Assembly: GCA_028534125.1 (NCBI GenBank)
Contig: CM052817.1
Span: 71,922,001 to 71,982,000 of the forward strand
Length of the DNA: 60,000 nt
Source: Lama glama
Taxonomy: Eukaryota
Direction: 5' to 3'
Each line of letters starts with the position of its first letter. Within the stretch, counting starts at the first letter, position 1. The translations under genes and the position numbers were made by a program. Positions 49,990-60,000 of this stretch are shown piece after piece. The notes beneath the pieces were generated by a model. That model did not search any database, had not been told where the DNA came from, and worked only from the letters and a program-made list of their open reading frames with translations.

Positions 49990-50630
49990 GGGTCCCAATG
50001 TCTTATCTGAAACCATTTCCATTGCCAGATTGTTTCCCTAGAGAGTTCAGCACATTGAGGATCTCCATCTGCATCCCCAGGGTTGAACCTACTTAAGGGG
50101 GCGGGGCTGGGGGAGGGCTTACAGGGTGCCAAGACATGGTGGTTGCCATCTCTTCCTTCTGGCATCCACCAAGACACCCATATTTTAGGTTTCTGGTTGT
50201 TGATCTACTTAGATTCCTTTTCAAACCTGAATGGTCCTCATTATCCCAGATGCTCTCAGTTCTCACTCTTTCAGTTACTATTGAACCCCTCTTCTTGAGC
50301 AGGACAGATTTCTGTTCTCCAGAGCCTCTTGGGGTGAGACCATGGGAAACTTTCTACAGCTATCTGACCCCTCTGGCCCAGAACTCCCCTGCAACCATCT
50401 TTATTCTGGTGTCCTCTGTGCCAAGCGGGGGGCTGGGAATACTCTGTGAGGCTCTCTGGCTCCCTGACTCCCACCCACAGAAACCCTCCTTTCTCAGATC
50501 CACTAACCCTATCTGGAGGCTCCAGCGTTATCAACTTTCCTCTTGTTCAGACACCCAAGCAGCTCAAACACCATTGTTTCCTCTTGCACGTTCCTCCTGT
50601 CTCCCTCCCGTGGCAATCTTCATCTAGTCT
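49990..50630. mobile_element. Possible ancient LTR (GC-richer block), family unassigned
   Basis: Composition shifts abruptly, and there is a GC box and a minus-strand AATAAA near 50400. No consensus firmly recognised. Confidence 0.3.
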
Positions 50631-53600
50631 GAGGGTAGGTGGGTAAGAAAAACTGGTTCTGACTGAAAATACCTATCATTCCAGATCTTTTTGTCCTCGG
50701 CCTGGATCTCAGTCTTTAAAACTCCAAAGCCAAAGATTTGACTCTTTTGTTCTCTTCTCCAAAGTATCAGCCCTACCCTAAGGCAAAGGATATCTCAGAG
50801 TCTTTGAATAGGGAAGGGACAAAGATTAAGAAAGCATTACTTGTAGAAGGCACATTAGTTAATATATTAAAATACTATTCCTCTATGTCACTGTTGTATT
50901 TACTTCCATGGAGAAAACTAGCTATGAAGACTTAGAAATAAAAGATTAAACAAAGGAAAATGTATTGTTTTTCAAGGTTCAGTAGAAGAATTTTATGGGT
51001 TTCATAATCATCAATATAAAAAATGCCAGCACAGGACGTTTGCTGACTTTGATGGACATTAGCCAAGCAGTAGATGTTATGTACACTGATAAGTGTGCTT
51101 CATTATTAGCTGTCCCCCTCCGACCTCACCTCCCCCAAAATTATAAATTTATAACTAACTCCTTGTCCATGGAAAATGTCTCAGTCCTGCTAGAAAAGCC
51201 CCTAGATATTCATTTGGATGGTATATTTCCCCTTTGCCAAGAAATTGTTTATAAAAAATGTTAACTTCTGGGTCTAAACAAACACCCCCTCCCCATAATT
51301 TTGTAAAACTCTGGAACTCTCTCAACATTCAAAATAGCATGGTCTCTTATAGTCTTAAGTTTTTTAATTAAGAAAAGGCAATTGAAAAAGGGTTGCTTTG
51401 TTCTTAATTATTCAAATTTATTTTTCCTTTCGTTTTTTGAAGATTCTAGATTCTGGCAGTAATAAATTTCAGATGAGGCAATATTTCACTGGTTATCAAG
51501 TTAACTTGCAAGAACCAACTAGGACCATAAAAATTGAATACAAAATATTTTAAATTATTTTACAGTGCATCAAGGATTTTCACTTAGAATTATTCTGCAC
51601 TATGAAATTAACAATTTTTGGCTATTTGAACATATCTCAGTCATTAAAGGTAAGATTTGTTTTAGGTTTCCCAAAGCTAGGAAAATGCTAGCATGATGTT
51701 CCACCTACAATTTTGGCAGTAAGTCTGTGTAATTCTTGAAGTTAAATGTGGACCGCTAATTACAGTTATCGCTACTAAATTGTTCCTGAGTGGGTTTGTT
51801 TAGTATTCAGTGGTGCCCCAGAGGAGGAATCTTTTATCTACAGAGCTGTCATAGATAAGCAACGTAATCAAAACACTCTCCCTGATGAAAATTTATTTTT
51901 AACTTGAAAGAACATATCACACTGACCACCCACTCACCGACTGTGTTTTGCTGGTACATGGAAACTTGGCTACAAAGTTAACTAAATTGCTCTTGCTAGA
52001 AATTCAAGGTAAGCTGAGTCCCTTTGGGACCTTGCCCAAGAAACCCTATTTAGAGTAAATACCAGAGAAGAACCTCTTTCGAAAACTTTTTACCTAAGAG
52101 TGGTATCTTGGTAGACAGGGGGCCTAAGGACAGTGTCACAGAGAGTTCCCAGTGAGGTAATCTAATTTGTTAAATTAAATAACAGAATTTATTCCTCTTG
52201 TGCCTTTAGGTGGTAAGGAGGAGACATGGAGAAAAAAGAATGTAGTAAAAATTGGTGATTATTTTAAAGCCTGATTGATGATACTTTAACCACAGGTCTT
52301 AAAAGTATCCAAGGAACTTTTACAATTAAGGAAAACTGTCAAAAAGAGAAGACTCATTTTCACTGAAGATTCATTCATGTTGTCAAAGAAACCAACATCG
52401 TATGACATTTTGGTTTGGAGAAACCAGTATCAAACTTATGCTACTAGTTACCTGTAATCAGATGGTGGCATTTATATAAAAAATGATATTACTGACTCAA
52501 ATTGACAGTGCTTAAGAATTCGCTAAGATTTCTCATATGACAGGGAGCACATACCCAGACACCCACACTTAGAGAAGTTTCCATGAAACTTGAAATCTGA
52601 TTCTTTGTGCCTCATTTATCCTTAACAAGTGGAGTAAATAGATAAAAATAATATCACTTAAGGAGGTAAAGAAATATAAAAAGAAAATGAAAAATGAATT
52701 CTTAGATAGTCATACCTAGACAAAAAAATTTAAGCTTAAAAAAATTGACCCTGTCAAATGAGAATTGCTTAATTCTTATAATTCAGCTAAGGGACTCAGG
52801 CAAGGAAAAGGCAAAATGTATAGTCTGCTTTGTTGGTATTTTGGTGGAATTTCTGAGTAATAAATGTGTATATTCTGTCTGTAAAAATAGAAAGCTAATG
52901 GTGACAAATAAATGGACGACTGTATTATATATTTTTTGAAATCCTGTTGTATTTTTAGTTTGTCTTCAAAAACTCATATTGTTCAATGTATGGAGTCAGG
53001 AAAGTGACAAACTCTTCATAACAGATTTACAATGAAAAGTAACAGTAGCCCAACTATTTAAAATCCTAAGAAAATTTTATGCTTCCAGCTGTGATTATGA
53101 CAAAGAAAGTGATGTAGAAATTATCACATTTCATCAAAGTCACTTAGTTCTTTGTAACTCTTTAAAAAAATGCTCTTGGCTGATTCACATCTTAATTCTG
53201 ATACAAAAATTATATCAACTAGCAGACTTGCTAGCTTTTGGTAGAAATTTGAAATTATGATAAAAATTTCCCCCCAATTCCTCTTCTTTTAAACCACAAA
53301 ATACTAGAGACTTGATTCATATTGTACAATATGTTTTTTGGTGGGAATTAAAGTGTAGAATGTAATTTATTTATCTGTGGCTACTATGAAGGGCAGGGAA
53401 GAGAAATCATTACAAGAGTTTACTGGAAACCAGGCTAAAGAGACTTGGGAACACATCTGGGGCCGATTCACATCCTGTGTAATTCACTATGAGAATTCTC
53501 ATCAAGTCGCACAGGGCAGCAATTAGACACAGAGGAACAGATCAGTGTTTTCCTAACTTGACATTTTTATAGTTCCTCCCACCACACACACTCTTTTAAG

Positions 53601-54454
53601 TAGTTATTTGCAGGTTTACCAGTGAGAATTTGAAGTATTTAAATATGTTAAGTGAAATACTCAGTTATGACTGTTAAGTCAGTAAGGCGTTTGGGGTCTG
53701 CCTTGCACGCACAGCTCCCTTTCTGACTTTTACAACCCTTCCACAGACTCCTGTCCATTCAGAGAACTTTCACTGTCTTAAAATGTATTTGCTATGTAAA
53801 ATACAGAGAAAGAACCCCTTAACATAGAAAAAGTCTAGGAAAACAAAGAGGAAGAGTTTAGGCAAAGGAGACTTCCCCTTGCCTACCTGAATGAAGGAGT
53901 GCATGAAAGTGCACTGGACTGATCCTCCAGCTCTGTCAGATGCTGCACGAGGTACCAGATATTTCCAGCCTCCAGGATCTCACAGTCAAATGAGATACAG
54001 CAGTGCAAACAATGCATTTTAAAACTATGCGAATAAAATAGAGGCTATGGGAACATGAGAGAGGGAGTGATAATTCTGACTTGGTGGTGTTTGGATTTGG
54101 GTTTGGATCTGAGAAAGTCCCAGCAAGTGATACGTTAGCTAATTTTGAAGGATGAGTAGAATTTTCTGGAAAGACTCTTTGGGGAAGAACATTCCTGGCA
54201 GAGGGAAGCATATGAGCAAATGGATAGTGGCAGGGAAGTTGAACATGCACGTAAGGGATTACCAATGGTGTGAACTTGACTCAGTGGTCAAGTGTGAAGT
54301 GATGGAGGGAGTGAGAAAGTCCTGCAGCACTGAGGGGTGGGGTGGGAGAGGGGCCTGAAAGGTAGGTAGAGGCCCCCAAGGAGGTTCCATGCTAAACGAT
54401 TTTCGCTCTGTCCTCTAGGCTTTTTACCTATTGGGGGTCTTGGATCCCTTAGAG

Positions 54455-54782
54455 CAATGGTTTTCAAACTTTACTGCACATTAGAATTACCTAGGGAGAT
54501 TAAAAAATAATCCAGAAGCCCAGGCCACACCACCTAGAACCTCTAGAAATGAGATTCAGGCCTCCATATTCTTATAAAATCGCTAGATGCTTTCAGTGTA
54601 AAAAGGTGTTTCTCAAAGTGTGATCCCAGAATTAGCAGTACTGATACCAGTACTGGGAACTTAGACATGCAAATTCTCCGCCCCAAAGCCAGACTAAATT
54701 TAAAACCACGAGGGGGCCCAGCAATCTGTTTTAACAAGCTCTCCAGGAGATTTTAAAGTTTGCTGAAGTTTGAGATTCATTG
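54455..54782. mobile_element. Two adjacent MER5-family elements (MER5A antisense at about 54603-54782) inside another Charlie-type MER (about 54415-54940)
   Basis: 'caatggttttcaaactttactgcacattagaattacctaggg' and 'atgcaaattctcc...gggcccagcaatctgttttaacaagctctccagg...aagtttgaga'. Confidence 0.8.
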
Positions 54783-55369
54783 CCATAGGAATCAAATAAA
54801 AGCTACTAATGTGCTTTCCAGAAAAATCCGCTGCATGTTTAACTTAGATATACTATTGGGTGGTGTGTGGAAATCCCCTCTAGTCCCGTTCCATGTCCTC
54901 CCTGCAGGCCTGGAATTCAGCTTAAGAATTCCTCCTGTAGGCAGTGAAAGACACTAACAATTTTCAAGTAAAAGAAGGACATGATGAACTTTGGTGGTAG
55001 GATGCTGACTGCTGTGGTATAAAGAATTGAGTGCAATGGGGAGAGGCTGTCATCAACCAGATCACCCAGGGGGTTAGGTTTTTGGATTAAAATAAAACAG
55101 ATCGTGGTGACATTTAAGTTGTGTAGGGTGGTGGGAAGGGACTGGAAAATGATCCCAAGATTTCTAACTTGAGTTTGAAGTGCGTGAGGTCTTTACCTGG
55201 GAGAGAGACTATAAAACGAGAAGGACTGGAGGCAAATAATGATGATTATTGGACACATATGGAAAGATGTACTAAAAATAGACCTGACATTTAAGGATGT
55301 AGGATTGAGGGATGTGGACTGTGGCTAATTATATAAGAACCATTAGCCTATAAACAGGTAGGTGTAGAT

Positions 55370-55560
55370 CAAGGTTTCTTGCGCTCTCACCATTGACATC
55401 TGGCCTGGCTCATTTCTCATTTCAGAAGGCTGCCCTGTGTACTGTAGGATGTTTAAAATCATTCCTGTGTTTGACCCACTAGGTGCCAGTAGCCAACAGC
55501 TCCTGCAGTTATGACAACTCAAAATGCCTCCAGACATTGCTTACTATCTCCTGGCAGTAA
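55370..55560 (-). mobile_element. MER20 (hAT-Charlie)
   Basis: 'ggtttctt...cattgacatctggcctgg...gctgccctgtgtactgtaggatgttt...cccactaggtgccagtagc...gttatgacaactcaaaatgcctccagacattgc'. Confidence 0.85.
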
Positions 55561-56577
55561 ATCAATGAACTTTGAGACCCATCAGTACCGAGGAAACCCA
55601 GAGAGTGGATGAGATTGTTATTGACTGACTGGAGGGACCAGTGGTAGAGGAGGACCCAGCAAGAGATTGAGAAGATGTTGCTAAGACTGGAAGAAAGTGG
55701 CATTGAGGGAGCCACGGGAAGGACCCAGAAGAAGACAGACGCCAGGCACTACCCAGGAGAACGAGAACTGAGAAGAGTCTGTGCATTTGGTGATCTGTCA
55801 GTCGTTGTGAAATAGATTCAAAAGAGCCCCACCGAAGCCCTGAAAGTGATACTATAGTATGTGGAAGAGTGAATAGGAAAAAGGAGAGACTACTAAAGTA
55901 GATTACTCCACTCAGGGATTGGTTAGGAAAAGCTAGAGGAGGAGAAAGAGGCAAAAAGAACGAGATGGGACATTATTTTAAGACAGAGAGATTTGTCAAC
56001 ATGGTGGACTGAGAGGAAATGTCAGTAATTCCAAATAAACAAGAGCTTCAGGCAGACCCAGAATCTCTTCTTCACTAAAAGCACAAAATATGAGTAATAT
56101 TAATTATGAGGGAGCGTGAAAGAACATAAATTATAGCAGCAACACACTGAATAATTGTAACAAGTACAGGTGTCCCCTTTCTTAACAATTATATGTTAAT
56201 TGTTACAAGACAAAATTAGTAAATTGGGAATTTATTTCATCCATCATACAATAAAGTTCTGTTTATGTGATTTTGCCTCTGGGCTGGGTCACCTTTATCA
56301 TGGTGATGATTTTCTTTTTTTCTTTTTTGAGCTTCTTCCTTCATCCTTTTCTTTTGATTCTCCACAGCCAGCATGAGGGCTAGAGACTCACACGCCACTA
56401 GGAACAAGCATTATTTTGTTTGCCTTGGGATTGAAACCACATTTACAGTAACACATCTCTTTGAGGGAAATCAAGAGATAAAAATGCTTTATTATATTGT
56501 ATCATTTTGCCAGTAACTTTCCTGTTGTGCAAACATCATCTATATATGAAAAAATCATTCTTCTAAGCATTTTAACT

Positions 56578-56620
56578 GGTGGGTGTGTGGTGGGTGTGTG
56601 TGTGTGTGGGGGGGTGTGTG
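56578..56620. repeat. Imperfect (TG)n/G-rich microsatellite
   Basis: ggtgggtgtgtggtgggtgtgtgtgtgtgtggggggtgtgtg. Confidence 0.85.
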
Positions 56621-56639
56621 TATTGCTTCAGTTTCTGGG

Positions 56640-56780
56640 TTCCCATCATGGCCGTACAACTTAGCTGGCGGCCTTGGGCATCTTATTTATTCTTTCCAGA
56701 TTTCATGTCCGTCATTTGCACAATGAGCAGGTGGGACTCAATAAGCTCTGAGGTTGTTTCTGGCTTTAAAATTCTATAAT
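56640..56780 (+). mobile_element. MIR fragment
   Basis: 'agctggcggccttgggcatcttattt...gtcatttgcacaatgagcaggtgggact...ctttaaaattcta'. Confidence 0.6.
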
Positions 56781-58539
56781 TATATGATTTCCTTTCTGCA
56801 TTATCTTTGTTTGGTAAGAGCTTGCCTTAATCTGATCCATTCCTGAGCAAAATCTCTCAGATTGACTTGAAGCTCCAATTTTTACTCTGGTTCTCACACC
56901 TTTTTGTTTATTAGGTCATAAGTAATGAGCTTGAACACTTAAGAACTTGCCCGAGTTCACGGAGGTAGCTCGTCAGGGTTGTAGACAGAGTGAAAAAGAA
57001 GATGATGGTTCCTCAGTTCTCCACGGCAGTGTTTAAATCCAGGAGAGTCACCCGTGAAAACGTAGCATCTTTGCACGTCTGTCCTTTCTTCAGGAGCTCT
57101 CAAAGCATTTCCTAAACGAGCTGAATGAATCCTTTCCTTTTGAATCCCATTTGTAAACAGCTGGATTGGTAAGTTTTAAGCACAGTAATAGAGAGTGATG
57201 TGTGGGTTAATTTCTACCGCTAGATACCGTAACTGTGATAAAAAGAATCAACCGTTTATAAGAGTTAGTTGATTCTGCAGAGATTGTATTTAAATTTATT
57301 AATATGGTTTGTGTTAACACTCTTAACTTTTAAACATCCACTATGTTTAAATAGCTCCCAGTTTTGAATGTTGGGAACTATAATAATAAACTCATCTTAA
57401 ATTTCCTCACCCTTGTGACTGGTACTCAGTAGGTGGGAAGGATTATCGCAGGGGAGTGATTGGCTGGACAATGGGTTGTCCTAAGTAATGTAGTTTTTCT
57501 TGGGATTAAGAGTGGGTGAAGTTTCACTTCTCTCTTGGAACTTGTATTTAGATGGGATTTTTTTTTTCCCAACCTAAGATACAAATTGCATTCCTACATC
57601 AAGTAAAGTGTATGGCAATGAAAGCACTGGCTTATTTTGTTTTAGGGTCGTGTTTGTCATTCTCTGCATGACAGTCTATCCATTGAAATCAGGCAAAATG
57701 TTTTTTAATTACATGAATTTGTCCCTCACAGCACACTGGCTTTTAGGTATTATTGTTCGGCAAACTGAGTCCCAGGTACTATCAGGCTAGTGTTCACCTA
57801 GCAAATTAGAAATAGTATTGCTTTGAGATAGAAAACAAAAATTCTGAAAGTGCTCTCCACTGCATCCTTTGCATATGAATGGGAGGGGGGAGTGGGAGAA
57901 AAACAGGAGAGAAGAAATGAAGGTGTCTAGGTGGTGAAGGTGGGCTAAAGAGATGTTTGCATCTGCTGAGAAATACTGATTTAACGGTGCCAGAGAAGAA
58001 CTGGGGACGTGTTCCTACACATCAGACACTTCTGGCAGGACCAGGGCTTGAGTGACTACTACTCCCGGGCTAGCTTTCGTTGCCTTTGTTCAGTGCTACG
58101 GTACTGACTTGTCAACACTGGCTGAAGTCAGTTTTTGGAGAATTACTTGTCAATGTTAGGTTTTGAATCAATGTTTCTACTTGTAAAATCTGGGGGATGA
58201 ACCAGTGCAACCCCGGCTTCACCTCTTCTCTGCTGTGGAAAAGAACCGGGGATTCCCTGTGTCAGCACACTTTGGGTCTCTCCTCATGGCCTTCTTTCTT
58301 ATCATGCTTTCTCTTCTGCTGCTTTTTTTTTTTTTATCTGAAATACTTTTTCGCATCCAAATCCCACATTTTCTGCAAAACACAGTTCCAAATTTATATT
58401 CTACATAAAGCCTTTGATGATTAAACTGCACGGGTATCATTGTCTTATTTTTCCCTTTTACCTCTTCAGCCCTGATGCAATCAGTTCATACCAGCAAGCT
58501 TTTATTGTCTTCCAGACTGTCTCCTTATGTCATGAAAAT

Positions 58540-58645
58540 ATCCTTTGATTCCCCAAGTAGGGACTGACTTTCCTGCTTCATGTTCATTTCCTATAATATC
58601 TAGCACAGTGATGGGCCCCAAATACTTCCAAAATGAATCATTCCA
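58540..58645 (+). mobile_element. L2 3' tail
   Basis: 'gtagggactgactttcctgcttcatgttcatttcctataatatctagcacagtg...aaatacttccaaaatgaat'. Confidence 0.6.
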
Positions 58646-60000
58646 CACTGAAGACTGTGAAAAGATTAGAAAAACAAAAGCCATCCTGAAGCTTTTCTGG
58701 CAAAGGGTCAATTGGAATTTACGACAAATGTCAGTAGCCGAGGACAAGATATGGGTGTTGTTCTCAGATACGAAGGGGAGATGACACCAGCGCAGAGAAA
58801 TGTGAAGCAATTGTTCTGTATTCTTAACAGTCCGTGCATAATCCTAAATGATACACAGGGCTGGCAGAGTGTGTTCTGTCTGATTCCAGAGATATCTCGG
58901 GCTTATTTAACAATGCTACCCTTAGAACGACATTAGCATACTAATCTATACCGCCGGCTGAGAACCACATCCCTAGGTATCTTTTAACCAGCTGGACTGA
59001 GACTATTGCCCTTCGTAACCAGGGTAGTGGTCAGCATGATGGTCTGAGATTTTAGGAGGGCAGTATCAAAGGGAAAACTCAGTGGATTTACATCATTTTT
59101 TCCTTTTCTAGGGCTCTTACCAACAACACACCCAGTGAAAAATGCTCTGAAGTTTAAGCACCTCTTTCTTTCCCCTGGCCTGTGCTGCGCTATCACTGTG
59201 CACTTCGCTGAGCAAGAAAATTGCAGAAGAAAGACACGGCTTCCCCCCACCCCCCACCTCCTCAACTACTCTGTTTATAGTCCGTTTGCCTCCCTGGATC
59301 TCCTGTTTTAACACATGCTGTAGTGTTCAGATTGCAAACACAGCGGAGGGATGTTTAAATCCTAAAAACAAACTGTTTTCATTGCAATGTGCAAAACAGC
59401 ATTCCACGAAGACATTTCAATTAATATTAGCTGAGTGAGGGGAGTCCTCTCTCTGTGGCCTGTTCAGTGTTTGGCCTCTCTCTGCTGAGACTGCCAACCA
59501 GGGTGCTGCCAATTAATGCCAGCTGTGATCTATTGTTTGCTTCTGACACCTGGGAAGTCCCAGATCATCAGAATCCTGCAAACAGCAGCTGGCTTAGTGG
59601 AGGCTGCCAGACTTCGGGGATTCGGAGATCACTCGGTGAAGGTAGGGGGCCGTCTTGTTTTAGTTAAAGGGATCGTCCAGAATAGCCAGCTTAAAATCCA
59701 AGATGACTTACATTAAACAACCCCCAAATTTGGGGAGGATCAGCCAAGCCCAGAAGGCTCACTGCTCGCTCTCGGCCCCCATAGGGCAGTCTTTTAAACA
59801 ATAAACAAATGTTCTTAATCCTTTCTTATACAGTCCCAACAAGTCCTTGTTATGCCGTAAAGATATTTTCAGGACTCCACATATCTCCAGGAGGGTCTCA
59901 GTTTGGGCCAGTTGTGCTAGAATTTAACTTCACATGTGTTGAAAAACATGGATGTCCTCCCTTTGTGGACAACGTTCTCTACCACTAGGCTCCCTCTGAT

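Larger units (their letters stand above)
53930..56030 (-). mobile_element. Long antisense L2 interrupted by hAT MERs
   Basis: 'gcctccaggatctcacagtcaaatgaga...gaagaacattcctggcagagggaagc...cccaagatttctaacttgag...gaactgagaagagtctgtgcatttgg'. Confidence 0.82.

Noticed and set aside
50136..50627. Longest ORF (163 aa)
   Set aside because: No recognisable domain; open frames overlap on both strands, as expected in a GC-richer, probably repeat-derived block.
352..59716. Six-frame ORFs of 60-163 aa
   Set aside because: They are short, many start at non-ATG codons, many lie in repeats, and I recognise no domain apart from the L1 ORF2 remnant at 15967-16203.
1..60000. CRISPR array, prokaryotic defence or mobile systems, NUMT, processed pseudogene
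   Set aside because: No regularly spaced repeat-spacer units, operon-like ORFs, mitochondrial-like or mRNA-like segments were seen; the content is mammalian repeats and non-coding DNA.

Overview
This is AT-rich mammalian non-coding DNA, either a large intron or a gene desert, and almost certainly camelid (alpaca, llama or camel). The lineage call rests on a tRNA-derived Vic-1-type SINE at 737-883 and a young camelid-type L1 3' end at 15749-16793, both with intact target-site duplications. I recognise no host protein-coding exon, RNA gene, CRISPR array or prokaryotic system. The ORF track is mostly noise: the only ORF with a recognisable protein is 15967-16203(-), a decayed L1 ORF2 C-terminus. 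A large share of the window is old interspersed repeat (L2, MIR, L3/CR1, L1M, MLT1 solo LTRs, Tigger, Charlie and Tip100 MERs), often nested. Between the repeats lie repeat-free, motif-dense islands that look like developmental enhancers. The strongest is about 20.9-22.75 kb, with five TAATCC/GGATTA sites plus FOX, SOX, TCF/LEF, TALE, E-box and CRE motifs. It also holds a palindromic relic resembling ancient amniote Harbinger-type MITEs, a well-formed 83-nt candidate exon with stops in all frames, and a (CTG)8 tract. Other points of note are further candidate + strand exons, a 3'-truncated L1 that still has a TSD, and two transposon-borne CTCF-like motifs. I could not identify the locus. Repeat subfamily names come from recalled consensus sequences, and boundaries without TSDs are approximate. 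I see no convincing new biological system; the findings are testable hypotheses.
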